Source: Lachnospiraceae bacterium
GTDB taxonomy: Bacteria; Bacillota; Clostridia; Lachnospirales; Lachnospiraceae
DNA length: 64,000 bases
Direction: 5' to 3'
NCBI GenBank assembly: GCA_024681775.1
Contig: JAILAF010000022.1
Coordinates: forward strand, 80 to 64,079
A model generated the notes under the pieces. The model was not told the origin of the DNA, did no database searches, and saw nothing but the letters and a program-made list of their open reading frames with translations. Made by a program: the position numbers and the translations under genes. The number at the start of each line of letters is the position of its first letter. Position 1 is the stretch's first letter. This document shows, in pieces, positions 47,879-57,116 of the stretch.

Positions 47879-49411
47879 ATGTACAGTTCGATCCAAACAT
47901 CCGCCCTTCTGGGCGTTGAAGCACTGCCTGTCCGCGTGGAGGTGGACATCTCCACGGGGCTCCCCGGCTTTACCATGGTGGGGAGCTTATGTCAGGAAGT
48001 CCGTGAATCCAAAGACCGGATCCAGGCCGCCATGAAAAACTGCGGGCTGGAGCTCCCGGCCTCCAAGATCACGGTGAACCTCTCTCCCGCCGACATCCAC
48101 AAGGACGGCACGGCCTATGATCTGCCCATTCTGATAGGGATCTTAAGCTGCCTCTCCTTCTTCCCACAGGAAGCGACCGAAGGGGTGCTCTTTCTGGGAG
48201 AGCTTGGACTGGGGGGCGAGGTAAAGAGCGTCCGGGGTGTCCTCCCCATTGTGCGAAAAGCCAGGGACTGGGGCATAAGCACCTGCATCGTTCCCGGGGC
48301 AAACGAACGGGAAGCTGCCGTGGTGCCGGGGATCCGGATCCGTTCCGCCACGCACATCAGGCAGGTGCTGGAATACCTGCAGACCGGGGCGGAGGATGCA
48401 CTGCCCGCGGCGAAGCCGGTGTCCGATGAGGAGGCCTGCGCGCCCGTTTCCGTCCCGGATTTTGCCGAAGTCTGCGGCCAGGAAAACGCAAAGCGGGCAG
48501 CCATAATCTCCGCTGCGGGATTCCACTCACTCCTCATGACAGGACCGCCGGGGGTTGGAAAGTCGCTGATCGCCAAGCGGATCCCCGGGATCCTGCCACC
48601 CTTAAATCTGGAGGAAAGTCTGGAAGTCACCTCGGTGCATTCCGTGGCGGGCCTCCTGCCCCCGGGTGTCCCTCTGATCCGGAACCGCATCTTCCAGGCG
48701 CCGCACCATTCTCTCTCCCTGCCCGCCCTCATCGGCGGGGGTGTCTCCCCCAGACCCGGCGCCATCTCTCTGGCCCACCGCTCCGTCCTTTTCCTGGATG
48801 AGCTGCCGGAATTCCAGAGAAACACCCTGGACAGCCTCCGGCAGCCTCTGGAGGATCACCGAATCCACATCGCAAGGGCCCGCTACAGCATCACCTATCC
48901 GGCGGATTTTCTCCTGATCTGTGCCATGAATCCCTGTCCCTGCGGCTACTATCCGGACCGGAACAAATGCAGGTGCTCCGAGACCCAGATCCGGCATTAC
49001 CTGGGCAAAGTCTCCGGTCCCATTCTGGACAGGATCGACCTGTGCGTGGAGCTGAAAGGGGTGGACCTGCGGGATATCCGAAAGCCTGCGGAAGGACTCT
49101 CTTCCGCGGAAATGCGCTCAGCTGTGGAGCGGGCCAGAAGCATGCAGCGGGAACGATACGCCGGGACCGGGATCCGCTTCAATTCCGACCTGTCCCCGGG
49201 GGAGATCGAGCGTTTCTGCGGTCTGGGACCGGGAGAGCAAGCCTATCTGGAGAGTGTCTATGACAAGATCGGCCTCAGCGCCAGGAGCTATCACCGCGTC
49301 CTGCGGGTGGCCCGGACCATCGCTGACCTGGAGGGGAGCGAGGCCATCGCCAGAAACCATCTCCTGGAAGCCATCTACTATCGCCCGGATCTGTCCTATT
49401 GGAAAGGGTAA
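47879..49411 (+). CDS. comM: YifB/ComM family Mg-chelatase-like AAA+ ATPase
   Basis: Start MYSSIQT after GGAGG; ITVNLSPADIHKDG, GPPGVGKS, PRPGAISLAHRSVLFLDELPEF, AMNPCPCG, SGPILDRID. Confidence 0.93.
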   Translation: MYSSIQTSALLGVEALPVRVEVDISTGLPGFTMVGSLCQEVRESKDRIQAAMKNCGLELPASKITVNLSPADIHKDGTAYDLPILIGILSCLSFFPQEATEGVLFLGELGLGGEVKSVRGVLPIVRKARDWGISTCIVPGANEREAAVVPGIRIRSATHIRQVLEYLQTGAEDALPAAKPVSDEEACAPVSVPDFAEVCGQENAKRAAIISAAGFHSLLMTGPPGVGKSLIAKRIPGILPPLNLEESLEVTSVHSVAGLLPPGVPLIRNRIFQAPHHSLSLPALIGGGVSPRPGAISLAHRSVLFLDELPEFQRNTLDSLRQPLEDHRIHIARARYSITYPADFLLICAMNPCPCGYYPDRNKCRCSETQIRHYLGKVSGPILDRIDLCVELKGVDLRDIRKPAEGLSSAEMRSAVERARSMQRERYAGTGIRFNSDLSPGEIERFCGLGPGEQAYLESVYDKIGLSARSYHRVLRVARTIADLEGSEAIARNHLLEAIYYRPDLSYWKG

Positions 49412-49449
49412 GCAGGTAGGAATGAGACGTTCCGCAAACAGAAAAACCA

Positions 49450-49458
49450 TGATATAAT
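49450..49458 (+). promoter_or_regulatory. Extended -10 promoter element downstream of comM
   Basis: Perfect TGaTATAAT in an otherwise unannotated intergenic region. Confidence 0.5.
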
Positions 49459-49516
49459 CCTGATCAAAGATGGATCCTCATGGTAACGGGGTCCCTGAAG
49501 CGGCCCTCTCGAAACA

Positions 49517-49636
49517 GTGACAACCAATGAGAAAGGGCCCGAGGAGGTACGGGAATTAAATCAGGAGATCCGCAAGCATTCCGACGGTCTCATTGATGAG
49601 ATCCTTCCCGGCAAGGAGAATGAAGCAAGGAAATAA
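49517..49636 (+). CDS. Candidate 39-aa small protein
   Basis: GTG-TTNEKGPEEVRELNQEIRKHSDGLIDEILPGKENEARK-TAA; below the ORF-track cutoff; no clear SD. Confidence 0.35.
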   Translation: MTTNEKGPEEVRELNQEIRKHSDGLIDEILPGKENEARK

Positions 49637-49664
49637 GTCTTTCCCGGCAATCAACAGGGAATAG

Positions 49665-49700
49665 AAAAAACAGGCAGCCCGGAAATCCGGACTGCCTGTT
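49665..49700. terminator. Terminator hairpin downstream of pilT, possibly bidirectional
   Basis: aacaggcag-c-ccgg-aaat-ccgg-a-ctgcctgtt with a T6 tract on the minus strand. Confidence 0.85.
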
Positions 49701-49721
49701 CTATTTCATAGAAAACGGTGA

Positions 49722-50777
49722 TCAGATCTTCAGCATCATGCCGTCGGGATCCTGAGCGAAATTGATGGCCTGCTCACGATCGATGGTGCCGTCGAAGTAC
49801 AGCTGCAGGATTGCCTCGTCCATGGTGATCATGCCCATCTTACGGTTGGTCTGCATGACGCTCTGGAGCTGGTGAGACTTACCCTCACGGATCAGGTTAC
49901 GCACAGCGTGATTTGCGTGCATGACCTCGAATGCAGCCACACGGCCTCTGCCGTCCATGGTAGGGATCAGCTGCTGGGAAATGACAGCCTCCAGCACGTT
50001 TGCCAGCTGCACGCGGATCTGCTGCTGCTGATGAGGCGGGAATACGTCGATGACACGGTCCACGGTGCTGGCTGCGCCGATGGTGTGCAGAGTGGACAGG
50101 ACGAGGTGTCCGGTCTCTGCTGCGGTGATGGCAACGCTGATGGTCTCGAAGTCACGCATCTCACCCACGAGGATGACATCGGGGTCCTCACGGAGGGCCG
50201 CACGAAGTGCGTTCGCGTAATTGTCGGAATCCAGTCCGATCTCACGCTGGTTGACCATGGACATCTTGTGCTGATGCAGATACTCGATCGGGTCCTCCAG
50301 GGTGATGACATGGGCATCACGGGAGTTGTTGATCTTGTCGATGATGGCTGCCAGGGTCGTGGATTTACCGGAACCGGTAGGACCGGTGACCAGCACCAGA
50401 CCACGCTTGCGGTTGTACAGATCCACAACGGAACTGGGAACGCCCAGCTTCTCCGGAGGGGGAACCACCGTGCCCACCAGACGGAAGGCCATGGCAGCGG
50501 AACCTCTCTGTTTGAAGATGTTCACACGATAACGACCCAAATTGGGAATGGAGAACGACATATCGTATTCTCCGCGCTCCTCAAAGCGTGCACGCTGGGT
50601 ATCGGTGGTGATATGCATCACAACATCCAGCGTATCCGCGGGCATCATTCTCTGATACTCTTCCATGGTGATCAGATTGCCGTTGACACGCATTTTGGGA
50701 GGAATTCCAACGGTGATATGCACATCGCTGGCGCCGGCATCTTTTGCTTTTCTAAGGACTTCTTCGATATCAAGCAT
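49722..50777 (-). CDS. pilT: Type IV pilus retraction ATPase PilT
   Basis: ASDVHI, GPTGSGKSTT, TLEDPIEY, NQREIG, ALREDPDVILVGEMRD, ETGHLVLSTLHT. Confidence 0.97.
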   Translation of the reverse strand: MLDIEEVLRKAKDAGASDVHITVGIPPKMRVNGNLITMEEYQRMMPADTLDVVMHITTDTQRARFEERGEYDMSFSIPNLGRYRVNIFKQRGSAAMAFRLVGTVVPPPEKLGVPSSVVDLYNRKRGLVLVTGPTGSGKSTTLAAIIDKINNSRDAHVITLEDPIEYLHQHKMSMVNQREIGLDSDNYANALRAALREDPDVILVGEMRDFETISVAITAAETGHLVLSTLHTIGAASTVDRVIDVFPPHQQQQIRVQLANVLEAVISQQLIPTMDGRGRVAAFEVMHANHAVRNLIREGKSHQLQSVMQTNRKMGMITMDEAILQLYFDGTIDREQAINFAQDPDGMMLKI

Positions 50778-51882
50778 TGTTCGTTTCTCCTTCTCCGGTT
50801 TTTTTGTTTGGATCTACATTCATGATGTACCGATTGTCCAGGGTCTTCATGATATCTTTCACCCACATGTCACTGTAGGCGTAAAGCGAAAGGTCCAGTA
50901 CCTTGTCATCCCGGAAGCAGAGCACGGTGGGCTTTAAGATGTTCTCCGTGTTCTCCGAGAGGATCAGGGCTTTCTCCCCTGTATTCAGGATCACGCTGAC
51001 CCCGGTAAAGAGGATTCGGATGGAATCGATAAGCGCCTGTACCACGTCCTTATCGTACAGGTCGGGATGATCCATGAAATGCTTGATGCAGGCAAGCTCG
51101 GACTCGCTCTCACCGCTGAGGCTCATGCCCGTCATCTCGTCATATTTGTTTGCCACGATCAGAACCTTGGCTCCGAGGATGGTCTTTCGCGATTTGATGT
51201 CCACACCGTTGCTGTAGTCGATGCGGTTCCGCAGGGCCTGGGTGCAGATGCGCTTCAGCGCGGGGCCCTCTCCGGAAAATGCCTGTTCGATGAGATCCAG
51301 CCCGTCGAACATGAGCTTGTTGTACGCTTCCTCATCTCCCGCCTCCGGCTTCCGTCCGTAAATGACGGGATTGTCGGAATTGATCTTACCGATGTCGTGA
51401 AGCAGCGCCGCGTTGACGGTGGTGAGCTGATCATCCAGTGCCACGTTCATACGGTGGGTGATCATGGCACAGAGGATCGCGGTGTTAAACATATGCCTGC
51501 AGACGAAATCGTCCCGGCTCCGCAGATTCTGATAGATGGTGACCTTGTCCTCCAGATGGCCGTACGCCCGCAGGATCTGGCTGGCGATGGTGGGCAGGTT
51601 CTTGTAGCGCTTTGTGGAAATGATCCGCTCCATCTCGTCCTGGAGCGTGGAAACCATCTTGATCTCGAAGCGTTCGAACTCCATATCCTCTTCGGACATG
51701 GGCGGAAGCGGTTCGGCAGGCTCCAGGATGTAGATCCCCAGGAGACCGAAGTTCTTAACGCTGTCGATGGCGCCCTTGGTGAGTTTGGAATTCCGCTCGA
51801 ACAAAAGCACGCCCGACTTGCTATAGATCGGTCTGGCCAGCCTCATACCCTCTTTCAAATCTTCCCATTTGACAAATTGCAT
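50770..51882 (-). CDS. Degenerate HD-GYP-like protein
   Basis: Start MQFVKWEDLKEGMRLARPIY (N-terminus typical of clostridial HD-GYP proteins); ALLHDIGK intact; HHE and GYP motifs absent and the AD motif reads AN (VANKYDEM); 8-bp overlap with pilT. Confidence 0.85.
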   Translation of the reverse strand: MQFVKWEDLKEGMRLARPIYSKSGVLLFERNSKLTKGAIDSVKNFGLLGIYILEPAEPLPPMSEEDMEFERFEIKMVSTLQDEMERIISTKRYKNLPTIASQILRAYGHLEDKVTIYQNLRSRDDFVCRHMFNTAILCAMITHRMNVALDDQLTTVNAALLHDIGKINSDNPVIYGRKPEAGDEEAYNKLMFDGLDLIEQAFSGEGPALKRICTQALRNRIDYSNGVDIKSRKTILGAKVLIVANKYDEMTGMSLSGESESELACIKHFMDHPDLYDKDVVQALIDSIRILFTGVSVILNTGEKALILSENTENILKPTVLCFRDDKVLDLSLYAYSDMWVKDIMKTLDNRYIMNVDPNKKTGEGETNNA

Positions 51883-51920
51883 AGAGCCCCCTCTTTGCAA
51901 TACATAAAATTCCAAAAAAT

Positions 51921-51950
51921 ATTATAAAGGAATTATCACAAAATCACAAA
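51921..51950 (-). promoter_or_regulatory. Sigma-A promoter of the HD-pilT unit with a tandem 8-bp repeat
   Basis: TTGTGA-N17-TATAAT; atcacaaa x2 at 51935-51950 overlaps the -35. Confidence 0.65.
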
Positions 51951-51985
51951 TAAAATCTAAAAAAATCGGAAAAACTTGTGAGGGT

Positions 51986-53128
51986 TCAGACAAAATCCCG
52001 GAGGACGTAGTTCTCCAGATCCATGCCTTTCTCCGTAAAACGCAGGAAACTCCGCCCGTTTTCGTCCTTTTCCGTGATCAAAAGCCCTTCTTTTTCATGC
52101 CGGGCGATGGTCTCCCCGTAGGCCTCCCGCAGGCCGGTCCCGAACTCCTCCGCAAAATCCTCCGCGCAGATCCCCCGGGTCAGCCGAAGACCCAGGATCA
52201 TCCGCTCGCTCATCCGCTCGTTTTTCGTCAGTATCTGCTCCTCTAAACGGGTCCCCGCAGGGTCTGCCAGATACGCCGCCATATCCTCTGTATGGCGGTA
52301 TCTGCATCCACCGAAATAGGAAGAGGCGCCCAGCCCCAGTCCCAGATAGGGCACTCCCGTCCAGTAGCCCAGATTGTGCCTGCATTCGTACCCGGGGACC
52401 GCGTAATTGGACACCTCGTACCGCCGAAGGCCCATTTCCCCCAGGAATCGCCCCGTCTCCTCATACATCTCCCGGTCCGCATCCTCCCCCGGAAGGGTGA
52501 GGGCTCCGCGCTGCACCAGATCGTAAAGCGGCGTCCCCTCCTCCAGGATGAGACTGTAGGCGGACACATGCACCGGGGCGGGATCCAGAGACCCCACCAG
52601 TTCCAGCGTTTTCCGATAGTCCTCCGCAGTCTGCCCCGGCAGAGCGCTCATGATATCCAGATTGCAATTGGTAAAGCCTGCAGCCGCAGCAGCTTCCCAG
52701 GTCTCCAGGAACTGCTCCTTCGAGTGGATCCTGCCGATGCGCCGCAGCTCCTCGTCCAGCCCAGACTGGAGGCCGATGCTCAGGCGGTTTACACCCATCT
52801 CCCGGTAAAAATCCAGTTTTTCCCCTGTGACGGTACCGGGATTGCATTCCACCGTGATCTCGCAGTCCTCCGCCAGCCGGAATCCCGCCCGCAGGGCAGC
52901 AAAGACCGGCTCCAGCTCCCGAGGCTCCAGAAGAGAGGGGGTCCCACCCCCGAAAAAAACGGAGGAGACCGTCATCTTCCGGCACTCCTCCGCATGCATT
53001 TCCGTTTCCTGCGCAAGAGCCCTGACATAGTCCTGCCTGGATCTCCCGTCCCCAAAGGACAGGAAATCACAGTACAGACATTTCCGCACGCAAAACGGGA
53101 TATGAAAATACAGTTCCACAGATTCCAT
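51986..53128 (-). CDS. hemW: Radical SAM heme chaperone HemW (HemN-like)
   Basis: LYFHIPFCVRKCLYCDF, FFGGGTPS, TVECNPG, NRLSIGLQS, YEVSNYA, HNLGYW. Confidence 0.95.
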   Translation of the reverse strand: MESVELYFHIPFCVRKCLYCDFLSFGDGRSRQDYVRALAQETEMHAEECRKMTVSSVFFGGGTPSLLEPRELEPVFAALRAGFRLAEDCEITVECNPGTVTGEKLDFYREMGVNRLSIGLQSGLDEELRRIGRIHSKEQFLETWEAAAAAGFTNCNLDIMSALPGQTAEDYRKTLELVGSLDPAPVHVSAYSLILEEGTPLYDLVQRGALTLPGEDADREMYEETGRFLGEMGLRRYEVSNYAVPGYECRHNLGYWTGVPYLGLGLGASSYFGGCRYRHTEDMAAYLADPAGTRLEEQILTKNERMSERMILGLRLTRGICAEDFAEEFGTGLREAYGETIARHEKEGLLITEKDENGRSFLRFTEKGMDLENYVLRDFV

Positions 53129-53153
53129 CTTCTGCGATTTTTCCTCACTCAGA

Positions 53154-54962
53154 TCATTTGTCCTCGTCCAGCTTCAGCACACTCATAAAAGCAGCCTGAG
53201 GGATCTCCACATTGCCGATCTGGCGCATGCGCTTCTTGCCCTCCTTCTGCTTTTCCAGAAGCTTCTTCTTACGGGTGATATCACCGCCGTAGCACTTGGC
53301 AAGCACATCCTTCCGCATGGCCTTCACTGTCTCCCGGGCGATGATCTTGCCGCCCACAGCCGCCTGAATGGGGATCTCAAAAAGGTGCCTGGGGATCTCT
53401 TCCTTCAGGCGCTCGCACATCCTTCTGCCGCGCTCGTAGGCGGAGTCCGCATGGACGATGAAGGAAAGAGCGTCCACCTCCTCGTGGTTGATGAGAATGT
53501 CCAGCTTCACCAGACTGGAGCGCTCATAGCCCTTCAGTTCATAGTCGAAGGAAGCGTAGCCCCGGGATCTGGACTTTAACGCATCGAAGAAATCATAGAT
53601 GATCTCATTTAAGGGCAGCTCGTATTTTAACAGCGCGCGCCCCGCCTCGATATACTCCATGCTCACGTACTTGCCCCGCCGCTCCTGGCAGAGCTCCATA
53701 ATGGATCCCACAAAGTCCTTGGTCACCATGATCTCAGCGTTCACAATGGGCTCCTCCATGTAATCGATCATGGTGGGATCCGGCAGGTTGGAGGGGTTGG
53801 TGAGGCTCATGCTCTCGCCGTTGGTGCAGTAGACATGATACACAACGCCGGGGGCGGTGGTCACCAGGTCCAGATTGTATTCCCGCTCCAGGCGCTCCTG
53901 GATGATCTCCAGATGGAGCAGTCCCAGGAATCCGCAGCGGAAGCCGAAGCCCAGGGCCACGGAGGTCTCAGGCTCGTAGTTCAGGGAAGCATCGTTCAGC
54001 TTTAATTTTTCCAGCGCATCTCTCAGGTCCGGATACTTGGCGCCGTCTGCGGGATACATGCCGCAATAGACCATGGACTGGACCTTCTTGTAGCCCGGCA
54101 GGGCTTCAGCGCAGGGGCGCTCCTCCTCGGTGACGGTGTCGCCCACAGCGGTCTCTCCCAGGTTCTTGATGGAAGCGGTGATGTAGCCCACCATGCCTGC
54201 GGAAAGCTCTTCGCAGGGGATCATCTGGCCGGGGCCGAAATACCCTACCTCCACCACATCCTCCACAGCGCCGGTGGCCATCATGCGGATCTTCGTTCCG
54301 CGGCGCACGGTACCTTCCATGATGCGGCAAAAAACGATGACTCCGCGGTAGGAATCGTAGAGGGAGTCAAAGATCAGCGCCTTTAAAGGGGCATTGGGGT
54401 CCCCCTTGGGTGCAGGGATCTTGTGTACGATGGCCTCCAGCACCTCGTCGATGCCGATGCCGTTTTTCGCAGAGATCAGGGGAGCGTCCTGAGCCTCGAT
54501 GCCGATGACATCCTCGATCTCGTCAATGACCCGCTGGGGCTCAGCGCTGGGCAGATCGATCTTGTTGATAACAGGGAACACATCCAGATCGTGATCCAGT
54601 GCCAGATACACATTGGCCAGGGTCTGGGCTTCGATCCCCTGAGCGGCATCCACCACCAGAATGGCACCGTCGCAGGCGGCGAGGCTCCTGCTCACCTCAT
54701 AGTTAAAATCCACATGCCCCGGGGTGTCGATGAGGTTAAAGACATACTCCTCCCCGTCCTTCGCCTTGTAAATGGTGCGGACCGCCTGGGCCTTGATGGT
54801 GATGCCTCTCTCCCGCTCCAGGTCCATATTGTCCAGGACCTGCTCCTGCATCTCCCGGCTGGTGAGCAGACCGGTGCTCTCGATGATCCGGTCCGCCAGG
54901 GTGGATTTCCCGTGGTCGATGTGCGCCACGATGCAAAAATTTCTGATTTTACTCTGATCCAT
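53154..54962 (-). CDS. lepA: Translation elongation factor 4 (LepA)
   Basis: Start [10 protein letters not shown] (54962); [41 protein letters not shown]. Confidence 0.98.
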   Translation of the reverse strand: MDQSKIRNFCIVAHIDHGKSTLADRIIESTGLLTSREMQEQVLDNMDLERERGITIKAQAVRTIYKAKDGEEYVFNLIDTPGHVDFNYEVSRSLAACDGAILVVDAAQGIEAQTLANVYLALDHDLDVFPVINKIDLPSAEPQRVIDEIEDVIGIEAQDAPLISAKNGIGIDEVLEAIVHKIPAPKGDPNAPLKALIFDSLYDSYRGVIVFCRIMEGTVRRGTKIRMMATGAVEDVVEVGYFGPGQMIPCEELSAGMVGYITASIKNLGETAVGDTVTEEERPCAEALPGYKKVQSMVYCGMYPADGAKYPDLRDALEKLKLNDASLNYEPETSVALGFGFRCGFLGLLHLEIIQERLEREYNLDLVTTAPGVVYHVYCTNGESMSLTNPSNLPDPTMIDYMEEPIVNAEIMVTKDFVGSIMELCQERRGKYVSMEYIEAGRALLKYELPLNEIIYDFFDALKSRSRGYASFDYELKGYERSSLVKLDILINHEEVDALSFIVHADSAYERGRRMCERLKEEIPRHLFEIPIQAAVGGKIIARETVKAMRKDVLAKCYGGDITRKKKLLEKQKEGKKRMRQIGNVEIPQAAFMSVLKLDEDK

Positions 54963-54996
54963 AAAAGTCTTTCCGTTTCTATCTCTTAGTGCTATA

Positions 54997-55064
54997 ATCT
55001 CTGACGGTCGACCCCCTGCAGATTTGCAAAACGGGTCCTTCCGGCAGGGGACTCCCGCAGAGAT
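54997..55064 (-). promoter_or_regulatory. 68-nt stem-loop in the lepA 5' leader
   Basis: Nested arms atctctg/cagagat, cgg/ccg, cccctgc/gcagggg, starting just downstream of a TATACT -10 (55072-77). Confidence 0.55.
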
Positions 55065-55147
55065 ATCAGCAAGTATACATTCTAACATGAACGTGGCGAA
55101 TCCGAAAGCAAAATCATGAAGTTTTGCGTTTTTCCGAAAAGAATCTC

Positions 55148-55176
55148 TTGACAATCAAAAAGAAAGTGTATAGATT
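55148..55176 (+). promoter_or_regulatory. Sigma-A promoter of rpsT
   Basis: TTGACA-N17-TAGATT. Confidence 0.75.
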
Positions 55177-55255
55177 AATAGAGTATGTGTGCACCGGCTC
55201 CGTGTCGGCGGGTGTACATGCGGCTAACCATTTTGTAAGGATGGAGGTGTAAACT

Positions 55256-55519
55256 TTGGCTAACATTAAATCCGCTAAGAAGAGAGTTCTCGTCAGCAGA
55301 GCAAATGCAGAGAGAAATAAGTCGATCCGCTCCGGCGTGAAGACCGCTATGAAGAAGGTCTATTCCGCAGTTGAGGCCGGCGATAAGGCTGCAGCTACCG
55401 CTGAGCTTGCGAATGCTACCAAAGTGATCGAGATGGCTTGCACCAAGGGCGTTTACCACAAGAACAACGCAGCCCGTAAGCTTTCCCAGATTGCCAAAGC
55501 AGTAAACACGCTCGCTTAA
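55256..55519 (+). CDS. rpsT: 30S ribosomal protein S20
   Basis: TTG start after GGAGGT; MANIKSAKKR...HKNNAARKLS. Confidence 0.98.
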   Translation: MANIKSAKKRVLVSRANAERNKSIRSGVKTAMKKVYSAVEAGDKAAATAELANATKVIEMACTKGVYHKNNAARKLSQIAKAVNTLA

Positions 55520-55539
55520 TCTCTATACATAAACATTCT

Positions 55540-55574
55540 TAACGCCCCTTACCGTCATGAGGGGCGTTATTTTT
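55540..55574 (+). terminator. rpsT terminator
   Basis: taacgcccct / aggggcgtta stem followed by ttttt. Confidence 0.88.
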
Positions 55575-55585
55575 GTTCGCAACGA

Positions 55586-55658
55586 GCCAAAGATCCGACA
55601 TTCATGCTTGCATGAATGTCGGATCTTTGGCGACTGCGGTAAACCGAAAGACGCAGTC
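55586..55658. repeat. Perfect 46-bp palindrome plus an adjacent hairpin
   Basis: gccaaagatccgacattcatgc-tt-gcatgaatgtcggatctttggc (55586-55631); gactgcg...cgcagtc (55632-55658). Confidence 0.95.
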
Positions 55659-55676
55659 TTGAGGTTTGCGAAAAGG

Positions 55677-55730
55677 GAAAAAAATCCCGAACCCTCTCCC
55701 ATTGCGGAAGGGTCCGGGATCTTCTTTTTT
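55677..55730. terminator. Terminator hairpin of the Zn-ribbon gene
   Basis: A-tract, atcccgaaccct...agggtccgggat imperfect stem, T-tract. Confidence 0.7.
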
Positions 55731-55770
55731 CGGGGATGGAGCAGATCGGTGACGGAACCGGCCGCGCCGC

Positions 55771-56958
55771 CTAATTCTGCTTCGGCGGCAGGGGCTTTTT
55801 GTCCAGCCGCTTGGTAATGAAGCGGTCCGAGGACAGGTTTACCTTCACGGAACTGTCTGCCACATAGGTCATGGCCGTGGTTGTGTTGCCGCTCATTCTC
55901 TGACGCAGGTTCGTTCCCGCAAAGATACCGCCGGCGATAAAGAAACCGATGATGGCTGCGGGAATGCTGTTCATAGCAAAATACAGGATCAGAGCCAGGA
56001 CGATACCTGCCAGGGCGGAGCACAGGAGCACCTTCGTCTTGTCCACGGGGGTGTCGCCCACGATCTTGCCGGTCTGACCGTTGATGTAGAAAGGATAGTG
56101 CTGGTCGTGGTAGATGTAATCATACTTCCAGACGGGCATCAGGCCAAACTGCACATCCCTGGACTTCACATCCGTGCGGCGGTTCACCGCATTGTTCTCC
56201 TGATAATTGCACTCGGGGCCCTTGGAAATGGAGTCGTTCAAAATGGTGTTGGCACTGGACTCCATCAGCTTTTTCGCCCGCTCCTCCAGCGCTGTGGAGG
56301 ACTGGTTGTACTGCTCCGCATAGAAGCCGCTCAGCAGTCTGCTGTCATAGGCTACCGTATCGTCATAGTGAAAGGGCGCCAGCAGGTCCATGGTGCTGTC
56401 CGGCATCGCGTCGGAAGCATCCACGGGAAGCTTGCGGAAGTTCACGCCCAGATTTCTGTGGACGTCGTAGTCGGAACGCTCCGCATACTCGAACTTCTCA
56501 TCCTTCCAGGTTTTCACATGGGTGCAGACACCGTCAAAAATGAGCTCCGTGTCATAATCATAGAACCAGAAGGGCACATACCATCCCTGCATGCCGTCCA
56601 GCTTGGCATCGGACACCAGGTCCTTCGGGACGAATTTCATCTTGCCGAAGCGCTCCCGGATCTTCGTCTTTACCTCTTCCATGCCCACACGGAAGGGTGC
56701 GATCATCCTGGGCTGATAAGCACCTTCCAGACGCTCGTCCAGGATCAGATAGTTGTCACAGAACGGGCACTTCAGCGCGGAAGTGAACTTCTCCAGAGGC
56801 AGCTCGCCTCCGCAGTTCGGACACAACAACAGATTGGCCGATTCCGAAGGAATGTAAGGTTCCTCGCAATCCGTTCCTTCACAGGAAGGACAGAACATCG
56901 TTCCCTTCTCGGGACTGTAGACAGCGTTACCGCCGCAGTTCTTACAACGATAGATCAT
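55771..56958 (-). CDS. Double zinc-ribbon (TFIIB-like) membrane protein
   Basis: Start MIYRCKNCGG (56958); CKNC/CPSC and CPNC/CPFC; WYVPFW; LMPVW...INGQTGKIVG; two C-terminal TM helices. Confidence 0.85.
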   Translation of the reverse strand: MIYRCKNCGGNAVYSPEKGTMFCPSCEGTDCEEPYIPSESANLLLCPNCGGELPLEKFTSALKCPFCDNYLILDERLEGAYQPRMIAPFRVGMEEVKTKIRERFGKMKFVPKDLVSDAKLDGMQGWYVPFWFYDYDTELIFDGVCTHVKTWKDEKFEYAERSDYDVHRNLGVNFRKLPVDASDAMPDSTMDLLAPFHYDDTVAYDSRLLSGFYAEQYNQSSTALEERAKKLMESSANTILNDSISKGPECNYQENNAVNRRTDVKSRDVQFGLMPVWKYDYIYHDQHYPFYINGQTGKIVGDTPVDKTKVLLCSALAGIVLALILYFAMNSIPAAIIGFFIAGGIFAGTNLRQRMSGNTTTAMTYVADSSVKVNLSSDRFITKRLDKKPLPPKQN

Positions 56959-57057
56959 AAGCCTTGCCCCTTTCGTAACAAAATATTTAATCATATTTTA
57001 ACAAATCGGAAACGCCAAAACAATGGGCAATCTGAGCACAGGGGGAGCTGACACGGG

Positions 57058-57086
57058 TTGTTTATTGAATATCAGGTTGATATAAT
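57058..57086 (+). promoter_or_regulatory. Sigma-A promoter of the solute-binding protein gene
   Basis: TTGTTT-N17-TATAAT with extended TGn. Confidence 0.75.
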
Positions 57087-57116
57087 AGAGTCACTATTTG
57101 ATACGGAGGAAACTGA

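Noticed and set aside
55632-55660. c-di-GMP-I riboswitch (ggtaaacc...gaaa...gacgca)
   Set aside because: Only a superficial motif match; the P2/P3 stems are missing and it is not upstream of a gene.
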